Shown: one piece after another, positions 43,892 through 49,763 of the stretch | Layout of the letters: every line of letters starts with the position of its first letter | How positions within the stretch are numbered: position 1 is the first letter of the stretch | Virus record (IMG/VR): IMGVR_UViG_3300045988_172460 | Length of the DNA stretch: 49,763 nucleotides | Strand: one strand, 5' to 3' | From: a virus | Notes under the pieces: generated by a model | The model's database searches: none | Told to the model about the DNA's origin: nothing | The model's input: only the letters and a program-made list of their open reading frames with translations | Program-made: the position numbers and the translations under genes

Positions 43892-43914
43892 TATATTACT
43901 AGGAGGGCGATAGT

Positions 43915-44163
43915 ATGAAAACTAATTATGTAGGAGTAGTTGATAAGATTAGAATGTTAAGTATGTACCCAAAAATGCTAGTTCGATTCTCATTAGTAAC
44001 ACAGGACGAAACTATAAACTGTATCGTCTCGAAAAACGAGCTGGCAAATACGCTACTAATGTTACCTGAACAATCTGAATTAGCGGTCTATGGTCATTTG
44101 AATAAACTAAATCAACTTGTAATTGAAAAAATGCTTGTAAGAAAATCTTTAGTAAATGCATAA
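43915..44163 (+). CDS. Orphan 82-aa protein (OB-fold-like beta pattern, unverified)
   Basis: Strong SD, its own promoter and its own terminator. VGVVDKIRML..MLVRFSLVTQDETINCIVS..ELAVYGHLNKLNQLVIEKM. Confidence 0.65.
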   Translation: MKTNYVGVVDKIRMLSMYPKMLVRFSLVTQDETINCIVSKNELANTLLMLPEQSELAVYGHLNKLNQLVIEKMLVRKSLVNA

Positions 44164-44170
44164 AAAATAA

Positions 44171-44196
44171 GCCTCACTCTTATCTAGGAGCGAGGC
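44171..44196. terminator. Bidirectional terminator between convergent units
   Basis: GCCTCaCTCt-tatcta-gGAGcGAGGC, followed by TTTCGTT on the plus strand and by TTATTTTTTA on the minus strand. Confidence 0.7.
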
Positions 44197-44204
44197 TTTC
44201 GTTA

Positions 44205-44278
44205 TGGACCATACAGGACTCGAACCTGTGACCTAACCGTTATGAGCGGTTGGCTCTAACCGACTGAGCTAATGGTCC
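44205..44278 (-). tRNA. tRNA with anticodon CAU (elongator Met or, more likely, Ile2/lysidine type)
   Basis: GGACCAT-TA-GCTC-AGTCGGTTA-GAGC-C-AACCG-CTCATAA-CGGTT-AGGTC-ACAGG-TTCGAGT-CCTGT-ATGGTCC-A. Perfect 74-nt cloverleaf with no encoded CCA. Has C4:G69 and C5:G68. Confidence 0.9.
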
Positions 44279-44302
44279 TGAAAACTTTACTTATTAAGTA
44301 AT

Positions 44303-44836
44303 CTATAAATTAAATGAAATAAGCTCTAAAGTTAGAATTTTTGCTCTTTTTGATTTAGTAAATGTTGGGCGACTACTCTTTGATACGTAGAAGGTGACTG
44401 GTGCATAGACACAATCGTTTACTTCACGTAATCCAAGTGTTAATATTTTATTTTTATGCGGATGGCTAAAAGCTATGTCTAGTTTCATAGATGAACCAAA
44501 CTTATCTGCTTCAGACACATATATCACTGAATCATTGTATCCCTCTAAAAATATTTCTAGAATAAATTCAAATAGCTCTACTCGATCTTTTATAGTACCA
44601 AAATTGCTGTGCCTTTGCAGATGTTTATATGTAATAACTTCATCATTCAATTTTTGACAAATTATTCTAGGTGAATCCTTATAAATTTTGTGTAAACCCA
44701 ATAAATGTGGGAGTTGTAAGATGTCAAATTTTACATAAAAACAGTCCAGTTTAACAAATGGCGTTGTTATAACAGCCATTTTGCCATCAAGATTTGATAA
44801 AAATAAGTTGTATGTTTTCTGCAAATCTTTAGGCAT
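44303..44836 (-). CDS. Orphan 177-aa protein (function unknown, possible small RNA-targeting enzyme)
   Basis: AGGAG 8 nt before the ATG. Preceded by a structured leader and followed 24 nt later by the tRNA(CAU). I cannot assign any catalytic motif. His-containing patches LPHLLGLHK and AFSHPHKNK. Confidence 0.7.
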   Translation of the reverse strand: MPKDLQKTYNLFLSNLDGKMAVITTPFVKLDCFYVKFDILQLPHLLGLHKIYKDSPRIICQKLNDEVITYKHLQRHSNFGTIKDRVELFEFILEIFLEGYNDSVIYVSEADKFGSSMKLDIAFSHPHKNKILTLGLREVNDCVYAPVTFYVSKSSRPTFTKSKRAKILTLELISFNL

Positions 44837-44865
44837 TTTTACAACTCCTCTATAATTTTAGACAT

Positions 44866-44950
44866 AAAAAAAAAGAGTGCAAATCATGGATACCGTCCCA
44901 TGCTGACCAACGCTAGGTTAACCCACCTGCTGGGGAACGTGGGTGCACTC
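44866..44950 (-). ncRNA. Structured 5' leader element: 76-nt four-way junction closed by a 7-bp helix plus U9
   Basis: Minus strand: GAGTGCA-CCCAC(12-nt loop)GTGGG-TTAACCTAGCGTTGGTCAG-CATGG(8-nt loop)CCATG-att-TGCACTC-UUUUUUUUU. Lies 30 nt upstream of the ORF177 start. Confidence 0.55.
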
Positions 44951-45026
44951 AATTCCCACTTTGCTTGTAAATAATGATCTAAAGCTAGACTAGAAAACGA
45001 GGTAATGATATCCTTTCCTCACACTT

Positions 45027-45055
45027 AATATAACATCTAAATGTATCGTATGCAA
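45027..45055 (-). promoter_or_regulatory. Candidate sigma70-type promoter of the leader-ORF177-tRNA operon: TTGCAT-17-TATATT
   Basis: -35 is the reverse complement of 45050..45055 and -10 the reverse complement of 45027..45032. Exact 17-nt spacer. Located downstream of the lysis-cassette terminator. Confidence 0.55.
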
Positions 45056-45184
45056 TAAAAATATCTCATGAAATTATTTAAAATACAGCATAAAAACAAG
45101 TTTAAGAAGATTTTTTCACTTACAAACACGTAAATGTGCCTGATCATCAGCTGGTTGCCATATTGTTAATTTTAATTAAATAAC

Positions 45185-45216
45185 AAAAAAAAGAGTCACC
45201 TTTGGGAAGGCGACTC
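45185..45216 (-). terminator. Rho-independent terminator of the lysis cassette
   Basis: Minus strand GAGTCGCC-ttcccaaa-GGTGACTC (8 bp, one G-U) followed by T8. Confidence 0.8.
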
Positions 45217-45230
45217 AAAGAAAGTTATTC

Positions 45231-46316
45231 TTAGTATCCAGTTCCCCAGGTATTCGATGGATTTCCATCATTTGGGCCAACTGGAATATAAATGCGTGTT
45301 CCGTTTACATCAGAGCCACCTAAGAAAACATAGCCATCTGCTACACGAACTGAATCATACTTAAAAGTAGAACCTTTCGGCCATACTCCGTATACAGGCG
45401 CTAACAAGCTTGGCGCACCGTTGCGAAGAACGATACCTTCACTAACACCGATAGTAAAAGTTTTTGCTGGCGTTGGTTTACTATTTTCCCATAGCTCAGC
45501 AATATCACCATCGTTTGCATAACCTAATAATTTACCACTATTTTCGATACGATACAAGTTTTTACGGCCATTTAGTTTTTGTGTAATGGTTCCAACCTGT
45601 GTCCATAAAGTATTAGCATTGATATGTTGTTCAATTGGCGCATCTGGATTTTTGTAGATTGTTGTAAAGCGAACGTGCTGCCCAACTTTGTATTTTGGTG
45701 CGTTCGGCTTGCCAGGGTTTACAATAACATCCGAGCCATCTTCTGGAAGTCCTGTTTGTAAATCTTGTGCAAACTGTGCCTTACTAATCCCCCAAGATGC
45801 CAAATAGCCATAAGGGTCTGTGTGATTTCCACCTAAATTGTTTGTCACCCACAAATGAGTTTTTATGCCGTAGCCTGTCGGATCGTCTAAATCAAACGTC
45901 ACATTAATTTGACGTGCTAAATCACGTAATAAGTTAACGTAAGCTGCATAGTCTTTCTTAAACATAGCTTTATCTGAAGTATTGGCTAATTCGACTTGTG
46001 CATAAGCATAAGGGTTTGCATCTCCTGCTCCCCAAGCTATACGACCGTTTTCCGCTACCTGAAGCACACGGCCCCCTCCACCTACAACATATTGCGTAAA
46101 CGCTTCTTGTCGTTGCCAGTTGTTAAGCATGTTATTGGCTTCGTTTTCTACACCAGCGTCCATATTTGCAGTATCATGCGCAATGATGTATCGATTAACT
46201 GTTGATGGCCAACCTGCGTTAATATTTCCGCGGGTTTCTACTTGGTAAGCATCTACATTGATTGCAGGCATAAAAAATAGAGCGACAAGCGCTCCAACTA
46301 AAATTTTCTTTTTCAT
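45231..46316 (-). CDS. Endolysin: N-acetylmuramoyl-L-alanine amidase (PGRP/Amidase_2 type) with N-terminal signal peptide and two SH3b-like repeats
   Basis: MKKKILVGALVALFFMPAINVDA-YQ signal peptide. IIAHDTAN...GGNHTDPYGY zinc-amidase motifs. C-terminal repeats KVGQHVRF...LYRI and GIVLRNG...VRVADGYVFLG. Confidence 0.8.
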   Translation of the reverse strand: MKKKILVGALVALFFMPAINVDAYQVETRGNINAGWPSTVNRYIIAHDTANMDAGVENEANNMLNNWQRQEAFTQYVVGGGGRVLQVAENGRIAWGAGDANPYAYAQVELANTSDKAMFKKDYAAYVNLLRDLARQINVTFDLDDPTGYGIKTHLWVTNNLGGNHTDPYGYLASWGISKAQFAQDLQTGLPEDGSDVIVNPGKPNAPKYKVGQHVRFTTIYKNPDAPIEQHINANTLWTQVGTITQKLNGRKNLYRIENSGKLLGYANDGDIAELWENSKPTPAKTFTIGVSEGIVLRNGAPSLLAPVYGVWPKGSTFKYDSVRVADGYVFLGGSDVNGTRIYIPVGPNDGNPSNTWGTGY

Positions 46317-46345
46317 TTAAAAACCTCTTTCTTAATTTTTTATAT

Positions 46346-46376
46346 AAAAAAAGAAGCCATTTTAGAATGACTTCTT
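46346..46376 (-). terminator. Hairpin plus U tract between the holin and endolysin genes
   Basis: Minus strand AAGAAGTCA-ttctaaaa-TGGCTTCTT (9 bp, one G-U), then TTTTT. Overlaps the holin stop codon. Confidence 0.55.
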
Positions 46377-46572
46377 AATTACCTCTATTTGAATCAACAA
46401 ATCCTTCACCAACAATATATGCAGCTAATAAGCCAATAGCTGCTACTAAAGTGACCACTTTTTCAGATGTTAAATCATCCACATTAAAAACTGCTAACAA
46501 AGCAACGATTACTCCTGTCACTGCAGCCCAAAACTTTCTGCTTGTGAATTTATGTTTCCAATTAATTTTCAT
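46375..46572 (-). CDS. Holin (phiLC3/LL-H-like, 2 TM)
   Basis: 65 aa. MKINWKHKFTSRKFW N-terminus, two hydrophobic helices, charged C-terminus. AGGAGG SD. Confidence 0.75.
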   Translation of the reverse strand: MKINWKHKFTSRKFWAAVTGVIVALLAVFNVDDLTSEKVVTLVAAIGLLAAYIVGEGFVDSNRGN

Positions 46573-46925
46573 TTGGCGCCTCCTAAAAATGTGCTTAACC
46601 AGTTAAATAAAATAGTTATTGCTCCACTAGAAACAAATATAGCTAGTATTACTTTCCATATATTTTCAGTGTTAAGTTTTTTTAGTTCATCTTTTCTTTC
46701 GTCCGCTTCACTATTTCTATTCAAAATAGCATTTAAAATTTCACTATTTTGCTCCATTTGCTTCATATTTTGTTCACGTAAGAATTTATTTGACTCATCT
46801 AATCTAACTAAATTTGCATTTAGTTGCTCTTGTAAAGTCATCGTTCGTCTATCTAAACGACCTATTTCTCTATCATGATCACCAAGACGTTTTTCATGTT
46901 CTTTTACTTTTTGCTCTAACTCCAA
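46569..46925 (-). CDS. xhlA: XhlA-like membrane protein (coiled coil plus C-terminal TM)
   Basis: 118 aa, TTG start after GAAGG. Coiled-coil N-terminal part and a C-terminal anchor IWKVILAIFVSSGAITILFNWLSTFLGG. PBSX-like order XkdX-XhlA-holin-amidase. Confidence 0.65.
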   Translation of the reverse strand: MELEQKVKEHEKRLGDHDREIGRLDRRTMTLQEQLNANLVRLDESNKFLREQNMKQMEQNSEILNAILNRNSEADERKDELKKLNTENIWKVILAIFVSSGAITILFNWLSTFLGGAK

Positions 46926-46929
46926 CTGA

Positions 46930-47058
46930 CTAACCTTCTTTCCCTACAATCTCGTTAAGCTCCTCTTCTGTAATGCATGTAGGTACAAATAGCTTTACTT
47001 CATCATCAGTATAAAGACCCCAATCATACATCAATTTAACATCATCAAAAGTAAACAT
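46930..47058 (-). CDS. XkdX-like small protein (42 aa, not in the ORF track)
   Basis: MFTFDDVKLMYDWGLYTDDEVKLFVPTCITEEELNEIVGKEG fits the XkdX-family pattern (W-G-x-Y-T...IT-EE...I-x-G). TAATG coupling with the upstream gene. Confidence 0.65.
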   Translation of the reverse strand: MFTFDDVKLMYDWGLYTDDEVKLFVPTCITEEELNEIVGKEG

Positions 47059-47492
47059 TATTTAGCACCTCCTTTAAGTTGCTCATTAATTTTTCCTATT
47101 TCTCCAGTAATTTGTACAATGGATAACATTGATTTTGCACCAATCTCAGCTAGGTCATTTGCTTTAGCTTTCAAGAGGGTATTTTCTTTTTGGATATTAA
47201 GGTCATTGAGCATTAGCTTAGAATTTAGAAGAGCAAGATTATCTGCTTTAGCTTTTAATAATTCATTATCCTTTTCAAGGTTTTTATATAATATACTTAA
47301 ATTATCCAAATTTTCCTTATCTAATTGGTTAGAAATTTCTTTCCATCTGTTCTCAGATGGAATAAAAAATTGGTCTTCTAAATTGACGGTTGGTAAAGGA
47401 GCTACATCTGTAAAAGGAACTTGCATTGGGAAATCATCAGATACCTGTAGCTCTTGCCCTCCAGTACGTCCATATTTCCAAACTTTTTTCAT
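47058..47492 (-). CDS. Tail-fibre-associated coiled-coil protein
   Basis: 144 aa, AAGGAG SD. Internal repeat LLKAKADNLA / LLKAKANDLA. Follows the fibre gene. Confidence 0.6.
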   Translation of the reverse strand: MKKVWKYGRTGGQELQVSDDFPMQVPFTDVAPLPTVNLEDQFFIPSENRWKEISNQLDKENLDNLSILYKNLEKDNELLKAKADNLALLNSKLMLNDLNIQKENTLLKAKANDLAEIGAKSMLSIVQITGEIGKINEQLKGGAK

Positions 47493-47513
47493 TTTTTGTT
47501 TTCTCCTTACTCT

Positions 47514-49163
47514 CTATAATATTTTGATTTTGCTTCTAGTTACTTCTGTTCCTGACTGATCATAACCAATCACCCATGCATTTTGAGAAACCTTATTTAT
47601 TTTAGTTCCTACCGTATACTTATAAAAACCATCAGATACTTTTAATTTTTCTCCTAACTGTCCATCAATTTCAACAGCTACATAATAAATTTCTCCTTTG
47701 TATGAACCTGAAACAAAATCCCTTCCCTCAGACAAATTATATAAGTTCACATAAAGCATATACTTAAATTTAGCATCTGGTTTTGGATCATTAGTATGCC
47801 AACTTCCGTATAGATAATGATTACCAAGACGGTCACTTCCGAATCGGATTCCTTTCACGTTCATCTCATATAATGCACCATAGTTACCTTGTGGGTAGGT
47901 GTATTGAGTTACTGTCAATGGAACATTCCAGAAACTCTCCCTCATGCTAAGATCAATTTTAAACCCATCAGGAATTTGAAAAATCGGAACAAAAGCAGTT
48001 TTTAGTTTGGTGACATCCACCACATTAACTCGTAAATAAGCATCAACTCTGTTTCCTTCTCGTGTAAGAAACATATTTGTTTCTTCCCTAAAAGAAGCTT
48101 TGTAGTCTGCTTGGACTTCATCAAGCCCAGTCTTTTGATAAAAAAATACATCTTCTTTCAAAGCTATTTCTGTACCATTTACTAATGGAATATCCGCAAA
48201 TTCTTTAGTTCCGCCTATACGTTGAGGTTCAGTTAAATTCACAACATTCGGTTTAAATGCTACTTCTTTCCAATCCGTCCACTTTGAAGGAATACCACCA
48301 AATTGACGAATAACGATAGTCCTTTCTGTTTGAAATAGTTGTCTGATTCCGCCTTGATCTTTACTAACAATCAAACTTCCAGAGTTAGGTAATGGCTTGT
48401 TTTCCACCCCCGTTGCAGGAATCGAATAAACACCTGGCTCTATAGCATTATCTAAGTCTGTTATTTCAATACTTTTTCTTACCAATAAGCCGTTTTCAGC
48501 CTCTGATTTATTGATGAATAGGCTATCTGTTTCTGTTTTGCTATATGAACCAACTTGTGCAGCAGTAACTTTATGAGGGTTTTTATAATCAATCTTATGG
48601 CTTGTCAGGTTATCATTTACAGAAGAAGCACTAGCTATTGCAGCATTAGCATTATCATTAACTTGTTTAACTGAATTTGGAGTTGCTGCTGTCAATATAT
48701 CCGTGCTCGTAACTGAGTCAGTCAGCTTCACGATCCCTTTTTTGGTAATTGTTGAATCTGGAATACCTGTAATTGTTGACCATGGTTGAGTGTGATTTTT
48801 TTCTGCTTTTCCATTCCAGCTATTTCTTTCTACATCTGTAATATGTCTAATGTTATCTTGATCATGCGCATCAAACTCAGATTTAGTTGCCTGCTTTTGA
48901 TTTAGTACATTTCCTAAACCAACCTGAGTAGCTGTTACCGCATGAGGATTACTTATATTTGATTTATGGGCATTAAAATCTTCAATATGTGTAGCACTAT
49001 CTTGCAATTCTTTTAAAGCTCCGTGGGTTCTGCTAAAGAACCAATTAAAATAATCAGCTGGTGGTTTTTGTGAAGCTTTCCAACCATCGCTAGTTAAGCT
49101 TTCGGGTGGTTTAATACCTGGTGCTAACCAAACAGGCAATTCCTTTGTAAATTTCATTTGCAT
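47514..49163 (-). CDS. Tail fibre / receptor-binding protein
   Basis: 549 aa. Repeated NPH-x-VTA-x-QVG fibre motifs (NPHAVTATQVG, NPHKVTAAQVG). Follows the baseplate genes. Confidence 0.75.
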   Translation of the reverse strand: MQMKFTKELPVWLAPGIKPPESLTSDGWKASQKPPADYFNWFFSRTHGALKELQDSATHIEDFNAHKSNISNPHAVTATQVGLGNVLNQKQATKSEFDAHDQDNIRHITDVERNSWNGKAEKNHTQPWSTITGIPDSTITKKGIVKLTDSVTSTDILTAATPNSVKQVNDNANAAIASASSVNDNLTSHKIDYKNPHKVTAAQVGSYSKTETDSLFINKSEAENGLLVRKSIEITDLDNAIEPGVYSIPATGVENKPLPNSGSLIVSKDQGGIRQLFQTERTIVIRQFGGIPSKWTDWKEVAFKPNVVNLTEPQRIGGTKEFADIPLVNGTEIALKEDVFFYQKTGLDEVQADYKASFREETNMFLTREGNRVDAYLRVNVVDVTKLKTAFVPIFQIPDGFKIDLSMRESFWNVPLTVTQYTYPQGNYGALYEMNVKGIRFGSDRLGNHYLYGSWHTNDPKPDAKFKYMLYVNLYNLSEGRDFVSGSYKGEIYYVAVEIDGQLGEKLKVSDGFYKYTVGTKINKVSQNAWVIGYDQSGTEVTRSKIKIL

Positions 49164-49175
49164 TCTCCTCTCTTT

Positions 49176-49763
49176 CTACAGCGGCAGTTTATAATCATTT
49201 TCTGGTATAAAGACTCCTCCCAAAGTTCCTCCGACATTACCATCAATATCAGCGAATCCTTCTTTACTAATCTCTATATCAGTCGTACTTGAAAATGAAA
49301 AAGTTCCCTCCAAATTAACGTAGGCTACTCTAATGCCTCCAGCACTGATACTCTCGACAATTTGTAAAAATTGACTAATACTTAGACCCGAACTATTCAA
49401 GTAGTCAAGAGGAGCTTTTTTTATGATTACACAAGCAGGTTCTTTTTCATCTACCGTCTCATTAGCTGATATAATATGGATATCACTAGGATGACAATTT
49501 AAAGATGTCGCAATTGCATGTAACATTTTGTCGATTGATCCATCGCTTGTATTTCTAGCTACCTTTCCACGAATCAATACTCTATATATTTCATCAGTCG
49601 TTTTTCCTCTCGCTTGTCCAACATTAGCACCTAATTCATCTAATCCTTTCCCTCGTGCTTCATCTATCGATCGCCAGTTTGCTACTTTGTTCAGCAAATC
49701 AGTCAAGTCTTTAATTTCAAACTCAATAATTTCAAGAAGTTTTGAAATATTTGAATTTTCGCG
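49176..49763 (-). CDS. XkdU/YmfQ-like tail-baseplate protein; its 5' end runs off the window and continues at 183..142
   Basis: The ORF is open to the window end. Joined across the circle junction it encodes about 209 aa, starting at the GTG at 183..181. Confidence 0.7.
   Translation of the reverse strand, partial: RENSNISKLLEIIEFEIKDLTDLLNKVANWRSIDEARGKGLDELGANVGQARGKTTDEIYRVLIRGKVARNTSDGSIDKMLHAIATSLNCHPSDIHIISANETVDEKEPACVIIKKAPLDYLNSSGLSISQFLQIVESISAGGIRVAYVNLEGTFSFSSTTDIEISKEGFADIDGNVGGTLGGVFIPENDYKLPL
49623..49763. repeat. Terminal direct repeat, copy 2 (identical to 1..141)
   Basis: Exact 141-nt identity with the window start. Confidence 0.97.

Larger units (their letters stand above)
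1..49763. mobile_element. Complete temperate contractile-tailed phage genome, circular contig (unique length 49622 bp)
   Basis: Lysogeny, early, packaging, head, contractile tail and lysis modules are all present. attP-like region lies next to the integrase. The window ends overlap by an exact 141-bp repeat. Confidence 0.9.

Noticed and set aside
44205-44278. tRNA(CAU) as the integration target fragment (attP core)
   Set aside because: The gene is a complete 74-nt tRNA with both acceptor strands. It lies about 400 bp beyond the repeat-flanked core region, on the other side of an expressed ORF and a terminator, so it is phage cargo rather than a partial att-site copy.
44866-45020. T-box riboswitch interpretation of the leader upstream of ORF177
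   Set aside because: CAGCAGGUGGGUUAACCUAGCG only loosely resembles the conserved T-box core (GGUGGNACCGCG). It carries insertions, and I could find no convincing Stem I or specifier loop in the roughly 75 nt upstream. The leader is also short for a T-box. I keep this only as something for cmscan to exclude.
1-49763. Search for retron/DGR (reverse transcriptase), CRISPR-Cas, transposase/IS elements and rRNA
   Set aside because: No ORF shows reverse transcriptase (YxDD), Cas or DDE/transposase motifs. No spaced repeat arrays or rRNA-like sequence were seen. The only mobile-DNA enzymes are the two tyrosine recombinases already reported.

Overview
This window is one complete, circularly closed genome of a temperate phage with a contractile tail (PBSX/Xkd-like tail and lysis modules) from an AT-rich Gram-positive host. 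Positions 1..141 are identical to 49623..49763, so the unique length is 49,622 bp, and one tail gene is split only by the linearisation point. Nearly all genes are on the minus strand. In transcription order they run: cro and early genes, a recombination module (Rad50-like ATPase, RecT-like, MBL hydrolase), replication genes (DnaD-like, RecU), and accessory early genes that include two methyltransferase-like genes and a second tyrosine recombinase. Next come an ArpU-like late regulator, a tRNA-like gene, a ParB-methyltransferase, terS/terL/portal/MuF, head genes, sheath/tube/chaperones, tape measure, baseplate, fibre, and XkdX/XhlA/holin/secreted amidase. The plus strand carries the lysogeny module (cI-like repressor, ImmA-like protease, lipoprotein, membrane zinc-ribbon protein, integrase), followed by attP. 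Four things deserve most follow-up. (1) An attP-proximal accessory operon has its own promoter, a 76-nt four-way-junction leader ending in U9, an orphan 177-aa ORF and a co-transcribed tRNA(CAU), and it faces a convergent 82-aa ORF. (2) A small C5-methyltransferase-like gene, a catalytically degenerate N6-methyltransferase-like gene and a second tyrosine recombinase form a cluster marked by two copies of a composite palindromic element with compensatory substitutions. (3) The MuF head protein is fused to an ADP-ribosyltransferase toxin domain. (4) One tRNA-like gene is atypical. I saw no CRISPR array, rRNA, transposase or reverse transcriptase. All functional calls come from reading motifs and gene order by eye. 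No database search or folding program was run.
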